The notes below the pieces were generated by a model. That model was not told the origin of the DNA and ran no database searches. It worked only from the letters and a program-made list of their open reading frames with translations. A stretch of 50,676 nucleotides of DNA, taken from assembly GCA_964642915.1 (NCBI GenBank), contig CAZXPE010000001.1, positions 1-50,676 on the forward strand, written 5' to 3'. The first letter of the stretch is position 1; every line of letters begins with the position of its first letter. Made by a program: the position numbers and the translations under genes. Positions 34,435 to 43,198 of the stretch are shown one piece after another. Source of the DNA: an uncultured bacterium. GTDB lineage: Bacteria; Methylomirabilota; Methylomirabilia; Rokubacteriales; CSP1-6.

Positions 34435-34998
34435 CTACTTGTTTTCAGAGCCGTTCAGGAACTTCGTTCCCTGGTAAAGGTATTGCGCGCCTGAAGCGAC
34501 GCTCAGTATGGCCGTCGCCCATATGAGCCCGCCCTTGAGCGCGACCGCCACGTCAAAGTGCCGGGCCAGCATGGCCGACAGCACTGTGCCCATTTGGAGG
34601 GCCGTCGTGGCCTTTCCGAGGAGCGTGGGGGAGGGGTGGACCTGGCCGCCCGAGACATGGATGAGGGCCGTGCCCAGAATCAGGACCAGGTCCCGGCTGA
34701 TCACCACGGCAGTGATCCAGAACGGGAGCATCTTGAGCGCGGTCAACGTGATGAACGAGGCCGTCATCAGAAGCTTGTCGGCCATCGGGTCCAGAAACGC
34801 CCCCAGGCGGGTCTGTCGCCCGCGCGTCCTGGCAATGTAACCGTCGAGCGTGTCCGTGAGGGCCGCGAGCACGAAGACGATCAGCGCGCCGGTCACCCGC
34901 CGGTAGACCAAGAGGATCACGAAAACGGGGATCAGAAGGATGCGGATAATGGTCAGCCAGTTCGCGAGGCCCATGGCGCTTCGGGATGTCCTGAGCAC
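34435..34998 (-). CDS. pgsA: CDP-diacylglycerol--glycerol-3-phosphate 3-phosphatidyltransferase
   Basis: CDP-alcohol transferase motif DTLDGYIARTRGRQTRLGAFLDPMADK. The start is the GTG at 34998 or the ATG at 34974. Confidence 0.88.
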   Translation of the reverse strand: MLRTSRSAMGLANWLTIIRILLIPVFVILLVYRRVTGALIVFVLAALTDTLDGYIARTRGRQTRLGAFLDPMADKLLMTASFITLTALKMLPFWITAVVISRDLVLILGTALIHVSGGQVHPSPTLLGKATTALQMGTVLSAMLARHFDVAVALKGGLIWATAILSVASGAQYLYQGTKFLNGSENK

Positions 34999-35000
34999 GC

Positions 35001-35009
35001 ATTATATCA
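35001..35009 (-). promoter_or_regulatory. Candidate extended -10 promoter (TGaTATAAT) upstream of pgsA
   Basis: The minus strand reads TGATATAAT. It favours the ATG at 34974 as the pgsA start. Confidence 0.35.
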
Positions 35010-35056
35010 TCTGTGCCGGGAGGCGGGAGTCAGCGAACGCTCTCCGGGAGCAGAGG

Positions 35057-36340
35057 TCACGCGGTCGGCGAGCGGTAAGCGGAAACCGAGCCGGCCAGTT
35101 GGCGCGGCATTTCCACCTCCAGAAGGATTCCCTCGTCGAGGTCCTCCCGGCTAAGGACCCGGCCTGACTCGTAACAGAGCGACAGCGCAGGCCCGTCGGT
35201 GTATGGGATCCGGAGGCGGAGGCGCGCGCTCCTGGGACCCGTGGCCGATTCGATCTCCGCGAGGAGATCTTCCACCCCCTGTCCTGTTGCCGCAGAGGTG
35301 GCGACCCCTCCGGTTTCAGCGAGAAGCGGGCCCAGGCTGCCTGGCTCCTCCACGCGGTCGAGCTTGTTGAGGACCAGGATCGAGGGACTGTCCGAGAGCC
35401 CGAGCTCTCCCAGAAGCCGTCTCACCGTCGCGATCTGTTCGGCGGCGCCCTGGTGACTGCCGTCCACGACATGAAGGAGCAGATCAGCCTCGGCCAGTTC
35501 CTCCAGCGTGGCCTTGAACGCCGCTACGAGCTGATGGGGGAGTTTCCTGATGAACCCCACCGTATCGGTGAGAATAAACGGCCGGCGATCCCGCGGGGCA
35601 ACCAAGCGGGCCGCAGGATCAAGAGTGACGAACAACCGGTCTGCCGAGGCGAACGTTGAGCCCGACAGGCGGTTGAGCAGCGTCGTCTTGCCGGCATTGG
35701 TGTATCCCACCATCGCCACCACGGGAAGCCCCACTTCCCGGCGGTGCGCCCTGAGCTGGCGGCGGTGGCGCTCGACGCGGCTCAACTCCTCCCGGATCTG
35801 CCCGATGCGCCTGCGGACGACCCGCCGGTCTGACTCCAACTGGGTCTCACCGGGACCGCGTGTTCCGATGCCTCCGCCGAGCCTCTCGAGGTGTTTCCAC
35901 TGGCCGACCAGGCGCGGGAGAAGATACGAGAGCTGAGCAAGCTCCACCTGGAGCTTTCCTTCGGCCGTCCTGGCGCGCTGGGCGAAGATGTCGAGGATCA
36001 GGGCCGTCCGATCCACCACCTTGAGTCCAAGCGCTTCGTGGAGGTTCCTCTCCTGAACCGGAGTCAGGTTGTCGTCGGAGATAAAGACGTTAGCCTCGCG
36101 CTCCTGCGCCAGCGCTTTCAACTCCATAACCTTCCCCTTGCCGAAGTGAAGCCCCGGCGTGGAGGCGAGGCGCTCCTGGACCACGCGCCCCACGACGAGA
36201 GCGCCGGCGGAGTCGGCGAGACGCCCCAGCTCGTCAAGCGACTCGGAGACCTCCCGGCGACGCTGGCGGGGCAAGCGGATTGCGGCGAGAAGAGCCCGCT
36301 CGGGCCGGACGCCGTTTGTGCCGTAGGTCTTGCGTCTCAT
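35057..36340 (-). CDS. hflX: GTPase HflX
   Basis: HflX N-domain plus G-domain (GYTNAGKTTLLNRLSG, DTVGFI, NKLD). Its ATG overlaps the miaA stop (ATGA). Confidence 0.93.
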   Translation of the reverse strand: MRRKTYGTNGVRPERALLAAIRLPRQRRREVSESLDELGRLADSAGALVVGRVVQERLASTPGLHFGKGKVMELKALAQEREANVFISDDNLTPVQERNLHEALGLKVVDRTALILDIFAQRARTAEGKLQVELAQLSYLLPRLVGQWKHLERLGGGIGTRGPGETQLESDRRVVRRRIGQIREELSRVERHRRQLRAHRREVGLPVVAMVGYTNAGKTTLLNRLSGSTFASADRLFVTLDPAARLVAPRDRRPFILTDTVGFIRKLPHQLVAAFKATLEELAEADLLLHVVDGSHQGAAEQIATVRRLLGELGLSDSPSILVLNKLDRVEEPGSLGPLLAETGGVATSAATGQGVEDLLAEIESATGPRSARLRLRIPYTDGPALSLCYESGRVLSREDLDEGILLEVEMPRQLAGSVSAYRSPTA

Positions 36341-37284
36341 CCGAAAAGCCCGCTCTGAGCGATGAGCTTCTCAGCCACGATGGCGGTCCCCTCGATTCCC
36401 CCGGCGGCGCTGACGTCAACCCACCGGACTTCGGGCTCTCTCGAGAACCACGTCCATTGCCGTTTGGCATAACGTTTGGTGTCCCTGACCATAGTTTTGA
36501 TGGCTTCCTCCTCCGAGATGCGGCCTCGAATGACGGCGGCAAAATGACGGTATCCGATCCCCTGCATGGCGGGAAGCCCTTCGTGGTAGCCGGCCTCCAG
36601 AAGCGCCTGGACTTCCTGGCGCAATCCTCTTTCGACCATTCCAAGGACCCGCTTCTCGATGATTCCGTAAAGGAGGTCGCGCGGCATCGTCAGGCCGATC
36701 ATAAGCAGCCGGTACTCGGGCCGGCTCTTCCGCCAGTGGGCTTGGTCTCCCTGAGGCCTGCCGGTGAGGCGCCAGATCTCAAGCGCTCTCACCAGCCGGA
36801 CCTCATCGCGGGGGTGGATCCTCGCCGCAGCCTCGGGGTCGAGGGACGCGAGCTCAGAGTGAAGAGCCTCCGGCCCCTCCCGCAGCGACCGTTCCATCAG
36901 CTCCCGGCGGGTTTCCGGGCTGCGCGGCGGAGCCGGACGGAGACCGCGCAGGAGCGCCCTCAGATAAAGCCCCGTGCCCCCGACGACTAAAGGAAGCCTG
37001 CCCCGCTCCAAACAGCCTGCAATGGCGGCTTCGGCCTCGGCCCTGAACCGGGCGGCGTGGTACTGCTCATCAGGCTCAACCACGTCAACGAGGTGGTGCC
37101 TGACGGCGCTGAGGTCGGCAGAAGAGGGCTTCCCTGTCCCGATGCTCATCCGCCGATAGACCTGGCGTGAGTCGGCGCTAACGATCTCGATCGGGAGCCT
37201 ATCGGCAAGACGGACTGCCGCCTCGGTCTTCCCCACCCCGGTCGGTCCGAGGATGACTACAAGCGGAGGCTTCTCTCCTCTCAT
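36337..37284 (-). CDS. miaA: tRNA dimethylallyltransferase
   Basis: P-loop ILGPTGVGKTEAAVRLA, plus SADSRQVYRRMSIGTGKP and VGGTGLY motifs. Confidence 0.93.
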   Translation of the reverse strand: MRGEKPPLVVILGPTGVGKTEAAVRLADRLPIEIVSADSRQVYRRMSIGTGKPSSADLSAVRHHLVDVVEPDEQYHAARFRAEAEAAIAGCLERGRLPLVVGGTGLYLRALLRGLRPAPPRSPETRRELMERSLREGPEALHSELASLDPEAAARIHPRDEVRLVRALEIWRLTGRPQGDQAHWRKSRPEYRLLMIGLTMPRDLLYGIIEKRVLGMVERGLRQEVQALLEAGYHEGLPAMQGIGYRHFAAVIRGRISEEEAIKTMVRDTKRYAKRQWTWFSREPEVRWVDVSAAGGIEGTAIVAEKLIAQSGLFG

Positions 37285-37301
37285 GCCTTCATCATACCGC
37301 C

Positions 37302-38996
37302 TTACCAGGTCCTTTTGAGCTCACGCTTGATCTCTCTGATCGGGATGCGGGAGACGATGGGGCGCCCGTGGGGGCAGAAATAGGGGGTTTCAGTGGCAGA
37401 GAGATCGGTCAAGAGGCGGCTCATCTCTTCACGGCTGAGCGGGTGGCTCGCCTTGATGGCGGCCCGGCAGGCCACGAAGGCGAGCAGGCGATCGAGGAGC
37501 GGCGACGGATCATTCCCGGTGGCTGGACGCATCTCGTCCAGGAGCGCCTCGATCAGGCGGCGCGGCTCCTCGCCTTTGAGGATTGACGGCACGGCGCGAA
37601 GAAGCACGGTCTCGCCTCCGAACCCCTCCAGTGAGAAGCCGAGGCGTTCCAGGGCCGAAGTCCACTGAGTCAGAAGACTCCTGTCGGCAGGCGTCAGCGG
37701 GAGCGTCTCGGGGAAGAGAAGCTCCTGTGACGCGACGGGTCCCTGGGCCAGCTCTGCCCTCAGCCGCTCGAAGAGGACCCGCTCGTGGGCCACATGCTGG
37801 TCGATGAAGAAGACCTCCTCGTCGTTGGCGGCAACAACGAGGGTCTCCTGAATCTGGCCCACAGGAGACCCGAAGAGCGACGGTAAGTACGCAGCCGCTG
37901 GTTCTCTGAAGAGGCTCTCCTGGCCGGCTGTCTCCTCGTGGGCTGCGGCTCCGGCTGCTCGCGGCTCCGGTTGAGCCGGGAGAGTCAACGAAGAAGAGGA
38001 GACTGCCGCGGGAGAACGGAGAGCTTCCTGGACGGCCGTGAAGAGGATCTCCTGCACCATGCGGGAATCACTGAACCTGACCCATGCCTTGGTCGGATGG
38101 ACGTTGACATCCACTGCCTGAGGGGGAAGCTGCAGGTAGATAAGCGCCACCGGAAAGCGGTCGCGGGGGAGCAGCGGCCTGTACGCTTCAACGAGCGCCT
38201 GAAGGAGGAGCGTGTCGCGGACCGGCCTGCCGTTGACTATGATGACCATCTCCTCACGGTTGCCGCGTGAGAGCGCCGGAGGGGAGACAAGGCCCGAGAC
38301 TTTCATCCCCCGCTCCTCTCGCCTTGCCTGGAGAAGCTTTTCAACCAGATCGTATCCAATAAGCGCCCCGAGGCGCTCCCGCGGGTCGCGCGCCGCCGGC
38401 GCCGAGAGGACGGTTTTTCCGTTGTGGCTGACCCGGAGCCTGACGCCAGGGTGGGCCAGCGCCAGATGACCGGCCACCCTCAGGGCGGCTGAGATTTCAG
38501 TTTGAGGCGGCCTCATAAACTTGAGGCGGGCCGGAGTGTTGAAGAACAGGTCGGAGACCTCCACTGTTGTGCCCGTGCCGCCCTCAATATTCAGCCGCTC
38601 ACTGATTTCTCCGCCCTCACCCCTGATGAGGCATCCTCCAGACGCCCGGCAGGCGGTTGATTGAATGCTGAAGCGGGAGACTGAAAAGATAGCCGGAAGC
38701 GCCTCCCCTCTGAATCCCAGTGAGGAGATCGTTACCAGATCTTCCTCAGAGGCGATCTTTGAGGTCGCGTGGCGCTCTAGAGCCAGGACAAGCTCCTCGG
38801 GCGCCATCCCTGCCCCGTCGTCGGCAACGCGGATCAGCCGGCGCCCCCCGTCGCTCAGATCGATCGTCACCGCACGCGCCTCGGCGTCGATGGAGTTTTC
38901 GAGAAGCTCTTTGACCACGGAAGCGGGGCGCTCGACCACCTCGCCGGCGGCGATCTTGTTGACCAGGTGATCCGGGAGGCGGCGGATGCGGCTCAC
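37302..38996 (-). CDS. mutL: DNA mismatch repair endonuclease MutL
   Basis: GHKL ATPase N-terminus (VNKIAAGEVVERPASVVKELLENSIDA) and endonuclease motif DQHVAHERVLFE. GTG start. Confidence 0.93.
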   Translation of the reverse strand: MSRIRRLPDHLVNKIAAGEVVERPASVVKELLENSIDAEARAVTIDLSDGGRRLIRVADDGAGMAPEELVLALERHATSKIASEEDLVTISSLGFRGEALPAIFSVSRFSIQSTACRASGGCLIRGEGGEISERLNIEGGTGTTVEVSDLFFNTPARLKFMRPPQTEISAALRVAGHLALAHPGVRLRVSHNGKTVLSAPAARDPRERLGALIGYDLVEKLLQARREERGMKVSGLVSPPALSRGNREEMVIIVNGRPVRDTLLLQALVEAYRPLLPRDRFPVALIYLQLPPQAVDVNVHPTKAWVRFSDSRMVQEILFTAVQEALRSPAAVSSSSLTLPAQPEPRAAGAAAHEETAGQESLFREPAAAYLPSLFGSPVGQIQETLVVAANDEEVFFIDQHVAHERVLFERLRAELAQGPVASQELLFPETLPLTPADRSLLTQWTSALERLGFSLEGFGGETVLLRAVPSILKGEEPRRLIEALLDEMRPATGNDPSPLLDRLLAFVACRAAIKASHPLSREEMSRLLTDLSATETPYFCPHGRPIVSRIPIREIKRELKRTW

Positions 38997-39137
38997 CGGC
39001 TCACACCCTCACGTACGCCGCGCCGAGAACCGAGCAGATCAAGGACGCAAGGAGGAGCCGACCGGAGGCGTACTCCCTGTACGTTGAGGATCGGTGACGA
39101 CTGAGGACGCTGAGATGCGACGGTTATCGGCACGGCG

Positions 39138-41735
39138 TCAGCTCTCTCTGATCTTGTCGCGCCACCGGGCCAGAAGGTTAAGCGCCTCGAGCGGAGTGAC
39201 CAGGGCAGGGTCCAGGTCGGCGATCTCTTTCAACACGGGATGGCCCTCCTCGTGAAAGAGTCCGAGTTGGCGCGGGCTGCCGGGCAGCAGCGGGGTGGGC
39301 TCAAGGGCCGATCGGCTCTCCTCAAGCTCGGCCAGGAGGGTTTTTGCCCGCTGGATCACCGGCGCCGGCAGCCCGGCCAGCCGGGACACCTGGATCCCGT
39401 AGCTCCGGTCGGTCCCTCCGGGGCGGACCTTGTGGAGGAAGATGATCTCGTCGTTCCACTCGCGAACCGCGACGTGGAAGTTTTTCACCTTGGGGAGCCG
39501 TTCGGAGAGCTGGGTCAGCTCGTGGTAGTGGGTGGCGAAGAGCACCTTCGCGCCGGCAGCGGTCTCGTGAAGGTGCTCGACGACGGCCCATGCGATGGCG
39601 AGCCCGTCGAAGGTCGAAGTTCCCCTGCCGACCTCGTCGAGAAGGATCAGGCTTCGCGCCGTCCTGTTGTGCAGGATGCTTGCCGTCTCCACCATCTCGA
39701 CGAGGAAGGTGCTCTGCCCGCGGGCCAGGTTATCCTGGGCCCCCACGCGGGTGAAGATTCGATCTACGACCCCGATCCGCGCCTCACGGGCAGGGATGAA
39801 AGCCCCCATCTGGGCCAGTATGACGATCAGCGCCACCTGGCGCATGAACGTGCTCTTCCCGGCCATGTTGGGCCCGGTGAGGATGATGATCTGGGTGTCG
39901 CTGTCATCGAGCGCCGCGTCGTTCGGGACGAACGGCCTGTCACCGATGGTTTCGAGCACGGGATGGCGGCCGTCCGAGATTTCAATCCGGCTCTCTCGGT
40001 CGACGACGGGCCTCGTGTGCCCGTGGCTGTGGGCGACTTCGGCAAGAGCCGCGATAACGTCGAGCGATCCCACCGCCCTGGCGGTGCCGAGAAGCGTCTC
40101 GGTCTCCCGGCTCACGCTCAGCCGGACCTCTTCGAACAGCTCAAATTCCAGCCGGGCGATCCGTTCCTCAGCGCCGAGGACCTTGGCTTCGTACTCCTTC
40201 AACTCGGGAGTGACGAACCTCTCGGCGCCGACGAGGGTCTGGCGGCGGATGTAGTCGCCGGGGACGCGGGAGAGAGAAGCCTTGGAGACCTCGATGGCGT
40301 AGCCGAAGACTCGATTGAACCTGACACGGAGAGATCCGATCCCTGTCCGCTCACGCTCGCGCGCCTCGAGACCGGCGATCCATGCCTTGGCCTCCCGGCT
40401 CTCCTTTTTGAGGTCGGCCAGGGCCTTGTTCCACCCTTCACGGATCAGCCCGCCGGCGTGGAGGGTCAGGGGCGGGTCATCCTCCAGAGCGTTTTCCAGG
40501 AGATCTCCAAGCGCCTCGTGAGTGGCCAGCCCTCCTGTAATCTCTGCGAGCAGCGGGGCCTCCCGAGAAGACAGGGCGGCCTTGACGGCCGGGAGAGGGC
40601 GGAGAGAGTTTCGAAGCGCGATGAGGTCGCGCGGGTTGGCGACGCCGAGAGCCGCGCGGCTGGTGAGTCTCTCAAGATCGCTGACGCCGTCCAGGAGCTT
40701 CAGCAGGCTGCGGCGTAGGGTCGGGGCCTCGACAAGCGCCTGGACAGCGTCCTGGCGGCGGCTGATCGCGCTGGGATCCAGGAGCGGCCTTAGGAGCCAC
40801 TGCCGGAGAAGCCGGGCCCCCATCGCTGTCACCGTTTTGTTGATGGTGCCGTAGAGCGAGCCTTGGCTCGACCGCTCCTGGATCGTCTCGAAAAGCTCCA
40901 GTGTGCGCACGGCGGTTTGATCCAGAAGCATCGCGTCGTCAGGGGAGAGCCGCTGGATGCGGGTGAGCTGTCCCAGCGCCTCCCCCTGTGTCTCCCGGAC
41001 GTACAGGAACGCCGCTGCCGCGGCCTGGATCCCCCACGTCATCCCCCGGAGACCGAACGCCTCGAGCCCGGCCACCCCGAAGTGCCGGCGGAGCATCTCT
41101 CCGCCAGGGCGGAGCGAAAACGCTTCTGCCTCTCTGAAGGTGAGGGTCGCTCCGGTCTCACTGAGAGGGGCCAGAAATCTGTTGTCCCCCTGGAGGGAGG
41201 CCGGCAGCACGATCTCGGCTGGGCGTCTCAGGAGGGCGGTCTCGACAAGTGAGTGCCCGTCCCCGGCCTCCTCCCCGACCCAGAATTCGCCGGTGGTGAT
41301 GTCAACGAGGGCAGCCCCCAACCCGTCCCGGCCTTTGCAGAGAGCGAGCAGGAAGTTGTTAGTCGCCCGATCGAGAAAGTCGAGATCGGTCACTGTCCCG
41401 GGAGTGATAACTCGAACCACTTCGCGGCGGATCAGCGACCTTCCCTTGGCGGGAGCCTCCATCTGCTCAGAGATGGCGACTTTTTGGCCGGCACGGAGGA
41501 GCCGGGCGATATAGCTCTGAGCGGCGTGATACGGGATCCCCGCCATGGGAACCGCCCCGTCCCCCTTCTGCCTGGAGGTGAGGGCGATCTGGAGGAGCCT
41601 GGAGCCCAGGTGGGCGTCCTCGAAAAACATCTCGTAGAAATCTCCGAGGCGGAAGAGGAGGAGGTATTCGGGATACCGCCGCTTGAGCTCCCGATACTGC
41701 CGCATCATCGGGGTCTGCTCGGCGGGGTTAGTCAT
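39138..41735 (-). CDS. mutS: DNA mismatch repair protein MutS
   Basis: Contains TPMMRQYRELK, GDFYEMFFEDA, the Walker A motif TGPNMAGKSTFMRQ, and STFLVEM. Confidence 0.95.
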   Translation of the reverse strand: MTNPAEQTPMMRQYRELKRRYPEYLLLFRLGDFYEMFFEDAHLGSRLLQIALTSRQKGDGAVPMAGIPYHAAQSYIARLLRAGQKVAISEQMEAPAKGRSLIRREVVRVITPGTVTDLDFLDRATNNFLLALCKGRDGLGAALVDITTGEFWVGEEAGDGHSLVETALLRRPAEIVLPASLQGDNRFLAPLSETGATLTFREAEAFSLRPGGEMLRRHFGVAGLEAFGLRGMTWGIQAAAAAFLYVRETQGEALGQLTRIQRLSPDDAMLLDQTAVRTLELFETIQERSSQGSLYGTINKTVTAMGARLLRQWLLRPLLDPSAISRRQDAVQALVEAPTLRRSLLKLLDGVSDLERLTSRAALGVANPRDLIALRNSLRPLPAVKAALSSREAPLLAEITGGLATHEALGDLLENALEDDPPLTLHAGGLIREGWNKALADLKKESREAKAWIAGLEARERERTGIGSLRVRFNRVFGYAIEVSKASLSRVPGDYIRRQTLVGAERFVTPELKEYEAKVLGAEERIARLEFELFEEVRLSVSRETETLLGTARAVGSLDVIAALAEVAHSHGHTRPVVDRESRIEISDGRHPVLETIGDRPFVPNDAALDDSDTQIIILTGPNMAGKSTFMRQVALIVILAQMGAFIPAREARIGVVDRIFTRVGAQDNLARGQSTFLVEMVETASILHNRTARSLILLDEVGRGTSTFDGLAIAWAVVEHLHETAAGAKVLFATHYHELTQLSERLPKVKNFHVAVREWNDEIIFLHKVRPGGTDRSYGIQVSRLAGLPAPVIQRAKTLLAELEESRSALEPTPLLPGSPRQLGLFHEEGHPVLKEIADLDPALVTPLEALNLLARWRDKIRES

Positions 41736-41841
41736 ATAGGGGGGGCTCGGGCGGTGCGCCGGCGGTCAGGGACTCCCCATCATGACGCCCCACGACCACG
41801 GCTGCGCTACGTCTCCCCCGGCGCTGCCAGGCCGGAGGGAT

Positions 41842-41861
41842 CGGCCCGATCCGCCGGGCCG
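41842..41861 (-). terminator. GC-rich hairpin downstream of ihfB (possible terminator, no U-tract)
   Basis: CGGCCCG-N6-CGGGCCG, 8 nt after the ihfB stop. Confidence 0.25.
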
Positions 41862-41869
41862 AGCAAGGA

Positions 41870-42145
41870 TCACGAGTTGACGATCTCCCGCAGCCGTTTG
41901 CCGACCTTGAAAAACGGAACCCGCTTCTCCGGAACGCTGACGGCCGAGCCGGTCTTCGGGTTCCGTCCCTTCCGCGCGTTCCTTTGACGGATGCGGAAGC
42001 TCCCAAACCCGCGAAGCTCGACTTTGTCTCCCTTGACCAATGCCTCGGTGATGTTGTCGAAGATCGTGTTGACGATGACTTCCGTCTCTTTCTTCGTCAG
42101 GTTTGTCAAGTTGGAGACTTCGTCAACCAAGTCGGCTTTCGTCAT
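41870..42145 (-). CDS. ihfB: Integration host factor subunit beta (HU/IHF family)
   Basis: 91 aa with LRGFGSFRIRQRNARKGRNPKTGSAVSVPEKRVPFFKVGKRLRE. rpsA-...-ihfB synteny matches E. coli. Confidence 0.85.
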   Translation of the reverse strand: MTKADLVDEVSNLTNLTKKETEVIVNTIFDNITEALVKGDKVELRGFGSFRIRQRNARKGRNPKTGSAVSVPEKRVPFFKVGKRLREIVNS

Positions 42146-42230
42146 GTCTCATGCTCCCTTAATCCATGCTTGACGGGCCGTCCTCCGGCAGAAACGGGAC
42201 CCAACTCTCCCCCTCGAAAAGTCGAGCCAC

Positions 42231-42260
42231 ACCCTAGCACGGCAAGCGAAATATTGTCAA
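42231..42260 (-). promoter_or_regulatory. Candidate promoter TTGACA-N18-TAGGGT for ihfB
   Basis: The minus strand has TTGACA at 42260-42255 and TAGGGT at 42236-42231. Confidence 0.3.
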
Positions 42261-42304
42261 GTCCTTTGCGGAGTTATGGCCCGAGGTAAGCCGGTCCCCC
42301 TCCC

Positions 42305-43192
42305 CTACTCCATGAGATAGAGAGGGACCCTTAGGAGAGGAAGGATCCGGGAGAACGATCCGCCTTCAAACCCGAGTTGTCCTTTGAGCCAGTCAAAGAT
42401 CGAAAAGCGCCTTCGCGGCAGGATCAATCTTGGTTTTGGCGGAAGCCCACCGAGCTCCGCCGCCCCCTCAACGGCCTCCTCCAGCCCACCCAGAACATCC
42501 ACCATCCCGAGAGTTACGGCCTGCCGGCCCGATACGATCCTGCCGTCGGCAAACCCCATGACCGCTTCCCTGGTGAGTTTGCGCCCCTCAGCCACCGCGT
42601 CAACGAATTGGTTGTACACATCGTCGAGCAGCGTCTGGAGCAGCCGCCGCTCCTCCGGGCTCATCGTCCTCGAAAAAGAGCCTATGTCCTTGTATTTGCC
42701 AGACTTGACGACGACGTATTCGACCCCGACCTTCTTGAGCAACCCTTCGATCGTCGCCATCTGCATCATGACCCCGATAGAGCCGGTGAGGGTCCCCGGG
42801 CTGGCATAAATCCTGTCTGCCGCCGCGGCAAGATAATATCCCCCCGACGCGGCGACCGGGCCGAGGGATGCCACCACGGGTTTCCCTCCCCTTGCCACCC
42901 TGCGCATTGCGGCGTAAATCTCCTGGGTTGGCGCCACCACTCCGCCCGGGCTGTTGATCCGGACCACTACGGCCCGCACCGTCTGGTTCTCGGCGTGGCT
43001 CTTCAGCTCTTCCACGACCGGCTCGGACTCGATGATGATTCCGTCAATCTCCACGACCGCCACACGCGGTCCGCCCGGAAACCCCTTCCCTTCCAGGATG
43101 GACATGAGCACCCAGACCGTGAAGAAGAACGTGACGAGCACGCCCGCCGTCACTCCGAAGACAATGGCAATCTTGCGGGCCCTGGAAGCCAT
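42305..43192 (-). CDS. sppA: Signal peptide peptidase SppA (36K type)
   Basis: Contains VVRINSPGGVV, ASGGYYLAAAADRI, and GSIGV motifs. The rpsA stop is followed by GTG TTG ATG, so the start could be 43198, 43195 or 43192. Confidence 0.88.
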   Translation of the reverse strand: MASRARKIAIVFGVTAGVLVTFFFTVWVLMSILEGKGFPGGPRVAVVEIDGIIIESEPVVEELKSHAENQTVRAVVVRINSPGGVVAPTQEIYAAMRRVARGGKPVVASLGPVAASGGYYLAAAADRIYASPGTLTGSIGVMMQMATIEGLLKKVGVEYVVVKSGKYKDIGSFSRTMSPEERRLLQTLLDDVYNQFVDAVAEGRKLTREAVMGFADGRIVSGRQAVTLGMVDVLGGLEEAVEGAAELGGLPPKPRLILPRRRFSIFDWLKGQLGFEGGSFSRILPLLRVPLYLME

Positions 43193-43198
43193 CAACAC

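Noticed and set aside
38997-39137. 141-nt mutS-mutL spacer, checked for a small RNA or ORF.
   Set aside because: It holds only a distant 7-bp complementarity (GTACGCC/GGCGTAC) and no promoter, terminator or ORF signal. It most likely carries just the mutL ribosome-binding region.
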